Source: Eledone cirrhosa (lineage: Eukaryota). From it: 64,000 bases of DNA. How positions within the stretch are numbered: position 1 is the stretch's first letter; the number at the start of each line of letters is the position of its first letter. Of the stretch, positions 25,281 to 40,100 are shown one piece after another. The stretch lies in NCBI GenBank assembly GCA_964016885.1, contig OZ024741.1, positions 262,880,001-262,944,000 on the forward strand, read 5' to 3'. The position numbers were made by a program, and so were the translations under genes. Below the pieces are notes generated by a model that saw only the letters and a list, made by a program, of their open reading frames with translations, was not told the DNA's origin and did no database searches.

Positions 25281-28200
25281 TTACGAGTGTTTTGACTTAC
25301 GGTGTTTCTGCTTGCGAGTGTTTCGACTTACGAGTGTTATGACTTACGGGTGTTTTCACATACGAGTGTTTCGACTTACGAGTGTTTTGACTTACGGGTG
25401 TTTTGACATACGAGTGTTTCGATACGAGTGTTCTGACTTACGAGTGTTCTGACTTACGAGTGTTCTGACTTACGAGTGTTTCGACATACGAGGGTTTTGA
25501 CTTACGGGTGTTTCGACTTACGAGTGTTTTCACTTACGAATGTTTTGACTTACGGGTGTTTCGGCTTACGAGTGTTTCGACTTACTAATAATTTTACTTA
25601 CGAGTGTTTCGGCGTACGAGAGTTTTGACTTACGAGTGTTTCGACTTACGAGTGTTTCGACTTACGAGTATTTTGACTTACGAATGTTTTGACTTACGGG
25701 TGTTTCGGCTTACGAGTGTTTCGACTTACGAGTCTTTCGGCTTACGAGTGTTTCGACTTACTAATGTTTTTACTTACGAGTGTTTCGGCGTACGAGTGTT
25801 TCGACTTCCGAGTGTTTCGACTTACGGGTGTTTTGACTTACGGGTGTTTCGGCTTACGAGTGTTTTGACTTACGAGTGTTTTGACTTAAGGGTGTTTCGA
25901 CTGACGAGTATTTTTGGCTTACGAGTGTTTCGACTTACGAGTGTTTTGACTTACGAGTGTTCTGATTTACGGATGTTTCGACATACGAGTGTTTCGACTT
26001 ACGAGTGTTTCGACTTATGAGTGTTTCGACTTACGAGTGTTTCGACTTACGAGTGTTTCGGCTTATGATTGTTTCGACTTACGAGTGTTTTGACTTACGG
26101 TGTTTCAGCTTACGAGTGTTTCGACTTACGAGTGTTTTGACTTACGGGTGTTTTGACATACGAGTGTTTCGATACGAGTGTTCTGACTTACGAGTGTTGT
26201 GACTTACGAGTGTTCCGACTTACGAGTGTTCCGACTTACGAGTGTTTCGGCTTACGGGTGTTTCCTGCTTACGAGTGTTTCGACTTACGAGTGTTTTGAC
26301 TTACGGTGTTTCGGCTTACGAGTGATTCGACTTACGAGTGTTTTGACTTACGGGTGTTTTGACTTACGGGTGTTGTGAATTACGAGTGTTCCGATTTACG
26401 AGTGTTTTGACTTACGGTGTTTCGGCTTACGAGTGATTCGACTTACGAATGTTTTGACTTACGGTTGTTTCGGCTTGCGAGTGTTTCGACTTACGAGTGT
26501 TTCGGCTTATGAGTGTTTCGACTTACTAATGTTTTTACTTACGAGTGTTCTGACTTACGAGTGTTCCGACTTACGAGTGTTCCGACTTACGAGTGTTTCG
26601 GCTTACGAGTGTTTCCGGCTTACGAGTGTTTCGACTTACGAGTGTTTCGACTTACGAGTGTTTTGACTTACGGTGTTTCGACTTACGAGTGATTCGACTT
26701 ACGAGTGTTTTGACTTACGGGTGTTTTGACTTACGGGTGTTGTGAATTACGAGTGTTCCGATTTACGAGTGTTTTGACTTACGGTGTTTCGGCTTACGAG
26801 TGATTCGACTTACGAATGTTTTGACTTACGGGTGTTTCGGCTTGCTAGTGTTTCGACTTACGAGTGTTTCGGCTTATGAGTGTTTCGACTTACTACTGTT
26901 TTTACTTACGAGTGTTTCGGCGTACGAGTGTTTCGACTTACGAGTGTTTCGAATTACGAGTGTTTCGGCTTACGTGAGTTTCGACTTAAGAGTGTTCTGA
27001 TTTACGAGTGTTCTGACTTGCGGGTGTTCTGATTTACGAGTGTTCCGACTTACGAGTGTTTCGGCTTATGAGTGTTTCGACTTACGAGTGTTTCGGCTTA
27101 CGAGTGTTTCGACTTATGGGTGTTTCGACATACGAGTGTTTTGACTTACGGGTGTTTTGACTTACGAGTGTTCTGACTTACGAGTGTTCCGACTTACGAG
27201 TGTTTCGGCTTACGAGTGTTTCCGGCTTACCAGTGTTTCGACTTACGAGTGTTTTGACTTACGGTGTTTCGGCTTACGAGTGTTTCGACTTACTAATGTT
27301 TTTACTTACGAGTGTTTCGGCGTACGAGAGTTTTGACTTACGAGTGTTTCGACTTACGAGTGTTTTGACTTACGAATGTTTTGACTTACGGGTGTTTCGG
27401 CTTATGAGTGTTTCGACTTACGAGTCTTTCGGCTTACGAGTGTTTCGACTTACTAATGTTTTTACTTACGAGTGTTTCGGCGTACGACTGTTTCGACTTA
27501 CGAGTGTTTCGACTTACGGGTGTTTTGACTTACGGGTGTTTCGGCTTACGAGTGTTTCGACTTACGAGTGTTTTGACTTATGAGTGTTCTGATTTACGGA
27601 TGTTTCGACATACGAGTGTTTCGACTTACGAGTGTTTCGACTTATGAGTGTTTCGACTTACGAGTGTTTCGGCTTACGAGTGTTTCGACTTACGAGTGTC
27701 TTGACTTACGGTGTTTCGGCTTACGAGTGATTCGACTTACGAGTGTTTTGACTTACGGGTGATTTGACTTACGGGTGTTGTGAATTACGAGTGTTCCGAT
27801 TTACGAGTGTTTTGACTTACGATGTTTCGGCTTACGAGTGATTCGACTTACGAATGTTTTGACTTACGGGTGTTTCGGCTTGCGAGTGTTTCGACTTACG
27901 AGTGTTTCGGCTTATGGGTGTTTCGACTTACTAATGTTTTTACTTACGAGTGTTTCGGCGTACGAGTGTTTTGACTTGCGAGTGTTTCGACTTACGGGTG
28001 TTTCGACTTACGAGTGTTTCGGCTTACGTGAGTTTCGACTTAAGAGTGTTCTGATTTACGAGTGTTCTGACTTGCGGGTGTTCTGATTTACGAGTGTTCC
28101 GACTTACGAGTGTTTCGGCTTATTAGTGTTTCGACTTACGAGTGTTTCGGCTTACGAGTGTTTCGACTTATGGGTGTTTCGACTTACGAATGTTTTGACT

Positions 28201-28732
28201 TACGGGTGTTTCGGCTTACGAGTGTTTCGACTTACGAGTGTTTCGGCTTACGAGTGTTTCGACTTACTAATGTTCTTACTTACGAGTGTTTCGGCGTACG
28301 AGAGTTTTGACTTACGAGTGTTTCGACTTACGAGTGTTTCGACTTACGAGTGTTTTGACTTACGAATGTTTTGACTTACGGGTGTTTCGGCTTACGAGTG
28401 TTTCGACTTACGAGTCTTTCGGCTTACGAGTGTTTCGACTTACTAATGTTTTTACTTACGAGTGTTTCGGCGTACGAGTGTTTCGACTTACGAGTGTTTC
28501 GACTTACGGGTGTTTTGACTTACGGGTGTTTCGGCTTACGAGTGTTTTGACTTACGAGTGTTTTGACTTAAGGGTGTTTCGACTTACGAGTATTTTTGGC
28601 TTACGAGTGTTTCGAATTACGAGTGTTTTGACTTACGAGTGTTCTGATTTACGGATGTTTCGACATACGAGTGTTTCGACTTACGAGTGTTTCGACTTAT
28701 GAGTGTTTCGACTTACGAGTGTTTCGGCTTAT

Positions 28733-30770
28733 GAGTGTTTCGACTTACGAGTGCTTCGGCTTACGAGTGTTTCGACTTACGAGTATTTCGGCTTAAGAGT
28801 GTTTCGACGTACGAATGTTTTGGCTTACGAGTGTTTCGGCTTATGAGTGTTTCGGCTTACGAGTGTTTCGACTTACGAGTGTTTCGGCTTACGAGTGTTT
28901 CAGTGTTTCGGCTTACGTGTGTTTTGACTTACGAGTGTTTCGACTTACGACTGTTTCGGCTTACGAGTGTTTCGGCTTACGAGTGTTTCGGCTTACGAGT
29001 GTTTTGACTTACGAGTGTTTTGACTTACGATTGTTTGGCTTACGAGTGTTCTGACTTACGGGTGTTCTGACTTACGAGTGTTCCGACTTACGAGTGTTTC
29101 GGCTTATGAGGGTTTCGACTTACGAGTGCTTCGGCTTACGAGTGTTTCGACTTACGAGTGTTTCGGATTACGAGTGTTTCGACTTACGAGTGTTTCGACT
29201 TACGAGTGTTTTGACTTACGGTGTTTCGGTTTACGAGTGTTTCGACATACGAGTGTTTTGACGTACGGGTGTTTCGACTTACGGGTCTTTCGACTTAAGA
29301 GTGTTTCGACTTACGAGCGCTTCGACTTACGAGTGTTTCGACTTACGAGTGTTTCGGCGTATGAGTGTTTTGACTTACGAGTGTTTCGACTTACGAGTGT
29401 TTCGACTTACGAGTGTTTCGAATTACGAGTGTTTCGACTTACGAGTGTTTTGACTTACGAGTGTTTTGACTTACGGTGTTTCTGCTTACGAGTGTTTCGA
29501 CTTACGAGTGTTATGACTTACGGGTGTTTTCACATACGAGTGTTTCGACTTACGAGTGTTTTGACTTACGGGTGTTTTGACATACGAGTGTTTCGATACG
29601 AGTGTTCTGACTTACGAGTGTTCTGACTTACGAGTGTTCTGACTTACGAGTGTTTCGACATACGAGGGTTTTGACTTACGGGTGTTTCGACTTACGAGTG
29701 TTTTCACTTACGAATGTTTTGACTTACGGGTGTTTCGGCTTACGAGTGTTTCGACTTACGAGTGCTTCGGCTTACGAGTGTTTCGACTTACGAGTATTTC
29801 GGCTTAAGAGTGTTTCGACGTACGAATGTTTTGGCTTACGAGTGTTTCGGCTTATGAGTGTTTCGGCTTACGAGTGTTTCGACTTACGAGTGTTTCGGCT
29901 TACGAGTGTTTCAGTGTTTCGGCTTACGTGTGTTTTGACTTACGAGTGTTTCGACTTACGACTGTTTCGGCTTACGAGTGTTTCGGCTTACGAGTGTTTC
30001 GGCTTACGAGTGTTTTGACTTACGAGTGTTTTGACTTACGATTGTTTGGCTTACGAGTGTTCTGACTTACGGGTGTTCTGACTTACGAGTGTTCCGACTT
30101 ACGAGTGTTTCGGCTTATGAGGGTTTCGACTTACGAGTGCTTCGGCTTACGAGTGTTTCGACTTACGAGTGTTTCGGATTACGAGTGTTTCGACTTACGA
30201 GTGTTTCGACTTACGAGTGTTTTGACTTACGGTGTTTCGGTTTACGAGTGTTTCGACATACGAGTGTTTTGACGTACGGGTGTTTCGACTTACGGGTCTT
30301 TCGACTTAAGAGTGTTTCGACTTACGAGCGCTTCGACTTACGAGTGTTTCGACTTACGAGTGTTTCGGCGTATGAGTGTTTTGACTTACGAGTGTTTCGA
30401 CTTACGAGTGTTTCGACTTACGAGTGTTTCGAATTACGAGTGTTTCGACTTACGAGTGTTTTGACTTACGAGTGTTTTGACTTACGGTGTTTCTGCTTAC
30501 GAGTGTTTCGACTTACGAGTGTTATGACTTACGGGTGTTTTCACATACGAGTGTTTCGACTTACGAGTGTTTTGACTTACGGGTGTTTTGACATACGAGT
30601 GTTTCGATACGAGTGTTCTGACTTACGAGTGTTCTGACTTACGAGTGTTCTGACTTACGAGTGTTTCGACATACGAGGGTTTTGACTTACGGGTGTTTCG
30701 ACTTACGAGTGTTTTCACTTACGAATGTTTTGACTTACGGGTGTTTCGGCTTACGAGTGTTTCGACTTAC
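28733..30770. repeat. 1,011-bp tandem duplication
   Basis: Identical pseudo-ORFs at 28815/29826 and 29078/30089, with the junction near 29744-29760. Confidence 0.9.
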
Positions 30771-31564
30771 TAATATTTTTACTTACGAGTGTTTCGGCGT
30801 ACGAGAGTTTTGACTTACGAGTGTTTCGACTTACGAGTGTTTCGACTTACGAGTATTTTTACTTACGAATGTTTTGACTTACGGGTGTTTCGGCTTACGA
30901 GTGTTTCGACTTACGAGTCTTTCGGCTTACGAGTGTTTCGACTTACTAATGTTTTTACTTACGAGTGTTTCGGCGTACGAGTGTTTCGACTTCCGAGTGT
31001 TTCGACTTACGGGTGTTTTGACTTACGGGTGTTTCGGCTTACGAGTGTTTTGACTTACGAGTGTTTTGACTTAAGGGTGTTTCGACTGACGAGTATTTTT
31101 GGCTTACGAGTGTTTCGACTTACGAGTGTTTTGACTTACGAGTGTTCTGATTTACGGATGTTTCGACATACGAGTGTTTCGACTTACGAGTGTTTCGACT
31201 TATGAGTGTTTCGACTTACGAGTGTTTCGGATTACGAGTGTTTCGACTTACGAGTGTTTCGACTTACGAGTGTTTTGACTTACGGTGTTTCGGTTTACGA
31301 GTGTTTCGACATACGAGTGTTTTGACGTACGGGTCTTTCGACTTAAGAGTGTTTCGACTTACGAGCGCTTCGACTTACGAGTGTTTCGACTTACGAGTGT
31401 TTCGGCGTATGAGTGTTTTGACTTACGAGTGTTTCGACTTACGAGTGTTTCGACTTACGAGTGTTTCGAATTACGAGTGTTTCGACTTACGAGTGTTTTG
31501 ACTTACGAGTGTTTTGACTTACGGTGTTTCTGCTTGCGAGTGTTTCGACTTACGAGTGTTTCGA

Positions 31565-34500
31565 CTTACGAGTGTTTCGGCTTATGATTGTTTCGACTTA
31601 CGAGTGTTTTGACTTACGGTGTTTCAGCTTACGAGTGTTTCGACTTACGAGTGTTTTGACTTACGGGTGTTTTGACATACGAGTGTTTCGATACGAGTGT
31701 TCTGACTTACGAGTGTTGTGACTTACGAGTGTTCCGACTTACGAGTGTTCCGACTTACGAGTGTTTCGGCTTACGGGTGTTTCCTGCTTACGAGTGTTTC
31801 GACTTACGAGTGTTTTGACTTACGGTGTTTCGGCTTACGAGTGATTCGACTTACGAGTGTTTTGACTTACGGGTGTTTTGACTTACGGGTGTTGTGAATT
31901 ACGAGTGTTCCGATTTACGAGTGTTTTGACTTACGGTGTTTCGGCTTACGAGTGATTCGACTTACGAATGTTTTGACTTACGGTTGTTTCGGCTTGCGAG
32001 TGTTTCGACTTACGAGTGTTTCGGCTTATGAGTGTTTCGACTTACTAATGTTTTTACTTACGAGTGTTCTGACTTACGAGTGTTCCGACTTACGAGTGTT
32101 CCGACTTACGAGTGTTTCGGCTTACGGGTGTTTCCTGCTTACGAGTGTTTCGACTTACGAGTGTTTTGACTTACGGTGTTTCGGCTTACGAGTGATTCGA
32201 CTTACGAGTGTTTTGACTTACGGGTGTTTTGACTTACGGGTGTTGTGAATTACGAGTGTTCCGATTTACGAGTGTTTTGACTTACGGTGTTTCGGCTTAC
32301 GAGTGATTCGACTTACGAATGTTTTGACTTACGGGTGTTTCGGCTTGCTAGTGTTTCGACTTACGAGTGTTTCGGCTTATGAGTGTTTCGACTTACTACT
32401 GTTTTTACTTACGAGTGTTTCGGCGTACGAGTGTTTTGACTTACGAGTGTTTCGACTTACGAGTGTTTCGAATTACGAGTGTTTCGGCTTACGTGAGTTT
32501 CGACTTAAGAGTGTTCTGATTTACGAGTGTTCTGACTTGCGGGTGTTCTGATTTACGAGTGTTCCGACTTACGAGTGTTTCGGCTTATGAGTGTTTCGAC
32601 TTACGAGTGTTTCGGCTTACGAGTGTTTCGACTTATGGGTGTTTCGACATACGAGTGTTTTGACTTACGGGTGTTTTGACTTACGAGTGTTCTGACTTAC
32701 GAGTGTTCCGACTTACGAGTGTTTCGGCTTACGAGTGTTTCCGGCTTACCAGTGTTTCGACTTACGAGTGTTTTGACTTACGGTGTTTCGGCTTACGAGT
32801 GTTTCGACTTACTAATGTTTTTACTTACGAGTGTTTCGGCGTACGAGAGTTTTGACTTACGAGTGTTTCGACTTACGAGTGTTTTGACTTACGAATGTTT
32901 TGACTTACGGGTGTTTCGGCTTATGAGTGTTTCGACTTACGAGTCTTTCGGCTTACGAGTGTTTCGACTTACTAATGTTTTTACTTACGAGTGTTTCGGC
33001 GTACGACTGTTTCGACTTACGAGTGTTTCGACTTACGGGTGTTTTGACTTACGGGTGTTTCGGCTTACGAGTGTTTCGACTTACGAGTGTTTTGACTTAC
33101 GAGTGTTCTGATTTACGGATGTTTCGACATACGAGTGTTTCGACTTACGAGTGTTTCGACTTATGAGTGTTTCGACTTACGAGTGTTTCGGCTTACGAGT
33201 GTTTCGACTTACGAGTGTCTTGACTTACGGTGTTTCGGCTTACGAGTGATTCGACTTACGAGTGTTTTGACTTACGGGTGATTTGACTTACGGGTGTTGT
33301 GAATTACGAGTGTTCCGATTTACGAGTGTTTTGACTTACGATGTTTCGGCTTACGAGTGATTCGACTTACGAATGTTTTGACTTACGGGTGTTTCGGCTT
33401 GCGAGTGTTTCGACTTACGAGTGTTTCGGCTTATGGGTGTTTCGACTTACTAATGTTTTTACTTACGAGTGTTTCGGCGTACGAGTGTTTTGACTTGCGA
33501 GTGTTTCGACTTACGGGTGTTTCGACTTACGAGTGTTTCGGCTTACGTGAGTTTCGACTTAAGAGTGTTCTGATTTACGAGTGTTCTGACTTGCGGGTGT
33601 TCTGATTTACGAGTGTTCCGACTTACGAGTGTTTCGGCTTATTAGTGTTTCGACTTACGAGTGTTTCGGCTTACGAGTGTTTCGACTTATGGGTGTTTCG
33701 ACTTACGAATGTTTTGACTTACGGGTGTTTCGGCTTACGAGTGTTTCGACTTACGAGTGTTTCGGCTTACGAGTGTTTCGACTTACTAATGTTCTTACTT
33801 ACGAGTGTTTCGGCGTACGAGAGTTTTGACTTACGAGTGTTTCGACTTACGAGTGTTTCGACTTACGAGTGTTTTGACTTACGAATGTTTTGACTTACGG
33901 GTGTTTCGGCTTACGAGTGTTTCGACTTACGAGTCTTTCGGCTTACGAGTGTTTCGACTTACTAATGTTTTTACTTGCGAGTGTTTCGGCGTACGAGTGT
34001 TTCGACTTACGAGTGTTTCGATTTACGGGTGTTTTGACTTACGGGTGTTTCGGCTTACGAGTGTTTTGACTTACGAGTGTTTTGACTTAAGGGTGTTTCG
34101 ACTTACGAGTATTTTTGGCTTACGAGTGTTTCGAATTACGAGTGTTTTGACTTACGAGTGTTCTGATTTACGGATGTTTCGACATACGAGTGTTTCGACT
34201 TACGAGTGTTTCGACTTATGAGTGTTTCGACTTACGAGTGTTTCGGCTTATGAGTGTTTCGACTTACGAGTGCTTCGGCTTACGAGTGTTTCGACTTACG
34301 AGTATTTCGGCTTAAGAGTGTTTCGACGTACGAATGTTTTGGCTTACGAGTGTTTCGGCTTATGATTGTTTCGACTTACGAGTGTTTTGACTTACGGTGT
34401 TTCAGCTTACGAGTGTTTCGACTTACGAGTGTTTTGACTTACGGGTGTTTTGACATACGAGTGTTTCGATACGAGTGTTCTGACTTACGAGTGTTGTGAC

Positions 34501-37159
34501 TTACGAGTGTTCCGACTTACGAGTGTTCCGACTTACGAGTGTTTCGGCTTACGGGTGTTTCCTGCTTACGAGTGTTTCGACTTACGAGTGTTTTGACTTA
34601 CGGTGTTTCGGCTTACGAGTGATTCGACTTACGAGTGTTTTGACTTACGGGTGTTTTGACTTACGGGTGTTGTGAATTACGAGTGTTCCGATTTACGAGT
34701 GTTTTGACTTACGGTGTTTCGGCTTACGAGTGATTCGACTTACGAATGTTTTGACTTACGGTTGTTTCGGCTTGCGAGTGTTTCGACTTACGAGTGTTTC
34801 GGCTTATGAGTGTTTCGACTTACTAATGTTTTTACTTACGAGTGTTCTGATTTACGAGTGTTCCGACTTACGAGTGTTCCGACTTACGAGTGTTTCGGCT
34901 TACGAGTGTTTCCGGCTTACGAGTGTTTCGACTTACGAGTGTTTCGACTTACGAGTGTTTTGACTTACGGTGTTTCGACTTACGAGTGATTCGACTTACG
35001 AGTGTTTTGACTTACGGGTGTTTTGACTTACGGGTGTTGTGAATTACGAGTGTTCCGATTTACGAGTGTTTTGACTTACGGTGTTTCGGCTTACGAGTGA
35101 TTCGACTTACGAATGTTTTGACTTACGGGTGTTTCGGCTTGCTAGTGTTTCGACTTACGAGTGTTTCGGCTTATGAGTGTTTCGACTTACTACTGTTTTT
35201 ACTTACGAGTGTTTCGGCGTACGAGTGTTTTGACTTACGAGTGTTTCGACTTACGAGTGTTTCGAATTACGAGTGTTTCGGCTTACGTGAGTTTCGACTT
35301 AAGAGTGTTCTGATTTACGAGTGTTCTGACTTGCGGGTGTTCTGATTTACGAGTGTTCCGACTTACGAGTGTTTCGGCTTATGAGTGTTTCGACTTACGA
35401 GTGTTTCGGCTTACGAGTGTTTCGACTTATGGGTGTTTCGACATACGAGTGTTTTGACTTACGGGTGTTTTGACTTACGAGTGTTCTGACTTACGAGTGT
35501 TCCGACTTACGAGTGTTTCGGCTTACGAGTGTTTCCGGCTTACCAGTGTTTCGACTTACGAGTGTTTTGACTTACGGTGTTTCGGCTTACGAGTGTTTCG
35601 ACTTACTAATGTTTTTACTTACGAGTGTTTCGGCGTACGAGAGTTTTGACTTACGAGTGTTTCGACTTACGAGTGTTTTGACTTACGAATGTTTTGACTT
35701 ACGGGTGTTTCGGCTTATGAGTGTTTCGACTTACGAGTCTTTCGGCTTACGAGTGTTTCGACTTACTAATGTTTTTACTTACGAGTGTTTCGGCGTACGA
35801 CTGTTTCGACTTACGAGTGTTTCGACTTACGGGTGTTTTGACTTACGGGTGTTTCGGCTTACGAGTGTTTCGACTTACGAGTGTTTTGACTTACGAGTGT
35901 TCTGATTTACGGATGTTTCGACATACGAGTGTTTCGACTTACGAGTGTTTCGACTTATGAGTGTTTCGACTTACGAGTGTTTCGGCTTACGAGTGTTTCG
36001 ACTTACGAGTGTCTTGACTTACGGTGTTTCGGCTTACGAGTGATTCGACTTACGAGTGTTTTGACTTACGGGTGATTTGACTTACGGGTGTTGTGAATTA
36101 CGAGTGTTCCGATTTACGAGTGTTTTGACTTACGATGTTTCGGCTTACGAGTGATTCGACTTACGAATGTTTTGACTTACGGGTGTTTCGGCTTGCGAGT
36201 GTTTCGACTTACGAGTGTTTCGGCTTATGGGTGTTTCGACTTACTAATGTTTTTACTTACGAGTGTTTCGGCGTACGAGTGTTTTGACTTGCGAGTGTTT
36301 CGACTTACGGGTGTTTCGACTTACGAGTGTTTCGGCTTACGTGAGTTTCGACTTAAGAGTGTTCTGATTTACGAGTGTTCTGACTTGCGGGTGTTCTGAT
36401 TTACGAGTGTTCCGACTTACGAGTGTTTCGGCTTATTAGTGTTTCGACTTACGAGTGTTTCGGCTTACGAGTGTTTCGACTTATGGGTGTTTCGACTTAC
36501 GAATGTTTTGACTTACGGGTGTTTCGGCTTACGAGTGTTTCGACTTACGAGTGTTTCGGCTTACGAGTGTTTCGACTTACTAATGTTCTTACTTACGAGT
36601 GTTTCGGCGTACGAGAGTTTTGACTTACGAGTGTTTCGACTTACGAGTGTTTCGACTTACGAGTGTTTTGACTTACGAATGTTTTGACTTACGGGTGTTT
36701 CGGCTTACGAGTGTTTCGACTTACGAGTCTTTCGGCTTACGAGTGTTTCGACTTACTAATGTTTTTACTTACGAGTGTTTCGGCGTACGAGTGTTTCGAC
36801 TTACGAGTGTTTCGACTTACGGGTGTTTTGACTTACGGGTGTTTCGGCTTACGAGTGTTTTGACTTACGAGTGTTTTGACTTAAGGGTGTTTCGACTTAC
36901 GAGTATTTTTGGCTTACGAGTGTTTCGAATTACGAGTGTTTTGACTTACGAGTGTTCTGATTTACGGATGTTTCGACATACGAGTGTTTCGACTTACGAG
37001 TGTTTCGACTTATGAGTGTTTCGACTTACGAGTGTTTCGGCTTATGAGTGTTTCGACTTACGAGTGCTTCGGCTTACGAGTGTTTCGACTTACGAGTATT
37101 TCGGCTTAAGAGTGTTTCGACGTACGAATGTTTTGGCTTACGAGTGTTTCGGCTTATGA
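31565..37159. repeat. ~2.79-kb tandem duplication, also matching ~26.0-28.85 kb at offset 5,519
   Basis: Offset 2794 for 32303/35097, 32719/35513, 33357/36151 and 34254/37048. Offset 5519 for 27200/32719 and 27838/33357. Confidence 0.87.
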
Positions 37160-40100
37160 GTGTTTCGGCTTACGAGTGTTTCGACTTACGAGTGTTTCGG
37201 CTTACGAGTGTTTCAGTGTTTCGGCTTACGTGTGTTTTGACTTACGAGTGTTTCGACTTACGACTGTTTCGGCTTACGAGTGTTTCGGCTTACGAGTGTT
37301 TCGGCTTACGAGTGTTTTGACTTACGAGTGTTTTGACTTACGATTGTTTGGCTTACGAGTGTTCTGACTTACGGGTGTTCTGACTTACGAGTGTTCCGAC
37401 TTACGAGTGTTTCGGCTTATGAGGGTTTCGACTTACGAGTGCTTCGGCTTACGAGTGTTTCGACTTACGAGTGTTTCGGATTACGAGTGTTTCGACTTAC
37501 GAGTGTTTCGACTTACGAGTGTTTTGACTTACGGTGTTTCGGTTTACGAGTGTTTCGACATACGAGTGTTTTGACGTACGGGTGTTTCGACGTACGGGTC
37601 TTTCGACTTAAGAGTGTTTCGACTTACGAGCGCTTCGACTTACGAGTGTTTCGACTTACGAGTGTTTCGGCGTATGAGTGTTTTGACTTACGAGTGTTTC
37701 GAGTTACGAGTGTTTCGACTTACGAGTGTTTCGAATTACGAGTGTTTCGACTTACGAGTGTTTTGACTTACGAGTGTTTTGACTTACGGTGTTTCTGCTT
37801 ACGAGTGTTTCGACTTACGAGTGTTATGACTTACGGGTGTTTTCACATACGAGTGTTTCGACTTACGAGTGTTTTGACTTACGGGTGTTTTGACATACGA
37901 GTGTTTCGATACGAGTGTTCTGACTTACGAGTGTTCTGACTTACGAGTGTTCTGACTTACGAGTGTTTCGACATACGAGGGTTTTGACTTACGGGTGTTT
38001 CGACTTACGAGTGTTTTCACTTACGAATGTTTTGACTTACGGGTGTTTCGGCTTACGAGTGTTTCGACTTACTAATATTTTTACTTACGAGTGTTTCGGC
38101 GTACGAGAGTTTTGACTTACGAGTGTTTCGACTTACGAGTGTTTCGACTTACGAGTATTTTTACTTACGAATGTTTTGACTTACGGGTGTTTCGGCTTAC
38201 GAGTGTTTCGACTTACGAGTCTTTCGGCTTACGAGTGTTTCGACTTACTAATGTTTTTACTTACGAGTGTTTCGGCGTACGAGTGTTTCGACTTCCGAGT
38301 GTTTCGACTTACGGGTGTTTTGACTTACGGGTGTTTCGGCTTACGAGTGTTTTGACTTACGAGTGTTTTGACTTAAGGGTGTTTCGACTGACGAGTATTT
38401 TTGGCTTACGAGTGTTTCGACTTACGAGTGTTTTGACTTACGAGTGTTCTGATTTACGGATGTTTCGACATACGAGTGTTTCGACTTACGAGTGTTTCGA
38501 CTTATGAGTGTTTCGACTTACGAGTGTTTCGGATTACGAGTGTTTCGACTTACGAGTGTTTCGACTTACGAGTGTTTTGACTTACGGTGTTTCGGTTTAC
38601 GAGTGTTTCGACATACGAGTGTTTTGACGTACGGGTGTTTCGACTTACGGGTCTTTCGACTTAAGAGTGTTTCGACTTACGAGCGCTTCGACTTACGAGT
38701 GTTTCGACTTACGAGTGTTTCGGCGTATGAGTGTTTTGACTTACGAGTGTTTCGACTTACGATTGTTTCGACTTACGAGTGTTTCGAATTACGAGTGTTT
38801 CGACTTACGAGTGTTTTGACTTACGAGTGTTTTGACTTACGGTGTTTCTGCTTACGAGTGTTTCGACTTACGAGTGTTATGACTTACGGGTGTTTTCACA
38901 TACGAGTGTTTCGACTTACGAGTGTTTTGACTTACGGGTGTTTTGACATACGAGTGTTTCGATACGAGTGTTCTGACTTACGAGTGTTCTGACTTACGAG
39001 TGTTCTGACTTACGAGTGTTTCGACATACGAGGGTTTTGACTTACGGGTGTTTCGACTTACGAGTGTTTTCACTTACGAATGTTTTGACTTACGGGTGTT
39101 TCGGCTTACGAGTGTTTCGACTTACTTATTTTTACTTACGAGTGTTTCGGCGTACGAGAGTTTTGACTTACGAGTGTTTTGACTTACGGGTGTTTCGGCT
39201 TACGAGTGTTTCGACTTACGAGTCTTTCGGCTTACGAGTGTTTCGACTTACTAATGTTTTTACTTACGAGTGTTTCGGCGTACGACTGTTTCGACTTACG
39301 AGTGTTTCGACTTACGGGTGTTTTGACTTACGGGTGTTTCGGCTTACGAGTGTTTTGACTTACGAGTGTTTTGACTTAAGGGTGTTTCGACTGACGAGTA
39401 TTTTTGGCTTACGAGTGTTTCGACTTACGAGTGTTTTGACTTACGAGTGTTCTGATTTACGGATGTTTCGACATACGAGTGTTTCGACTTACGAGTGTTT
39501 CGACTTATGAGTGTTTCGACTTACGAGTGTTTCGACTTACGAGTGTTTCGGCTTATGATTGTTTCGACTTACGAGTGTTTTGACTTACGGTGTTTCAGCT
39601 TACGAGTGTTTCGACTTACGAGTGTTTTGACTTACGGGTGTTTTGACATACGAGTGTTTCGATACGAGTGTTCTGACTTACGAGTGTTGTGACTTACGAG
39701 TGTTCCGACTTACGGGTGTTCCGACTTACGAGTGTTTCGGCTTACGGGTGTTTCCTGCTTACGAGTGTTTCGACTTACGAGTGTTTTGAATTACGGTGTT
39801 TCGGCTTACGAGTGATTCGACTTACGAGTGTTTTGACTTACGGGTGTTTTGACTTACGGGTGTTGTGAATTACGAGTGTTCCGATTTACGAGTGTTTTGA
39901 CTTACGGTGTTTCGGCTTACGAGTGATTCGACTTACGAATGTTTTGACTTACGGTTGTTTCGGCTTGCGAGTGTTTCGACTTACGAGTGTTTCGGCTTAT
40001 GAGTGTTTCGACTTACTAATGTTTTTACTTACGAGTGTTCTGACTTACGAGTGTTCCGACTTACGAGTGTTCCGACTTACGAGTGTTTCGGCTTACGAGT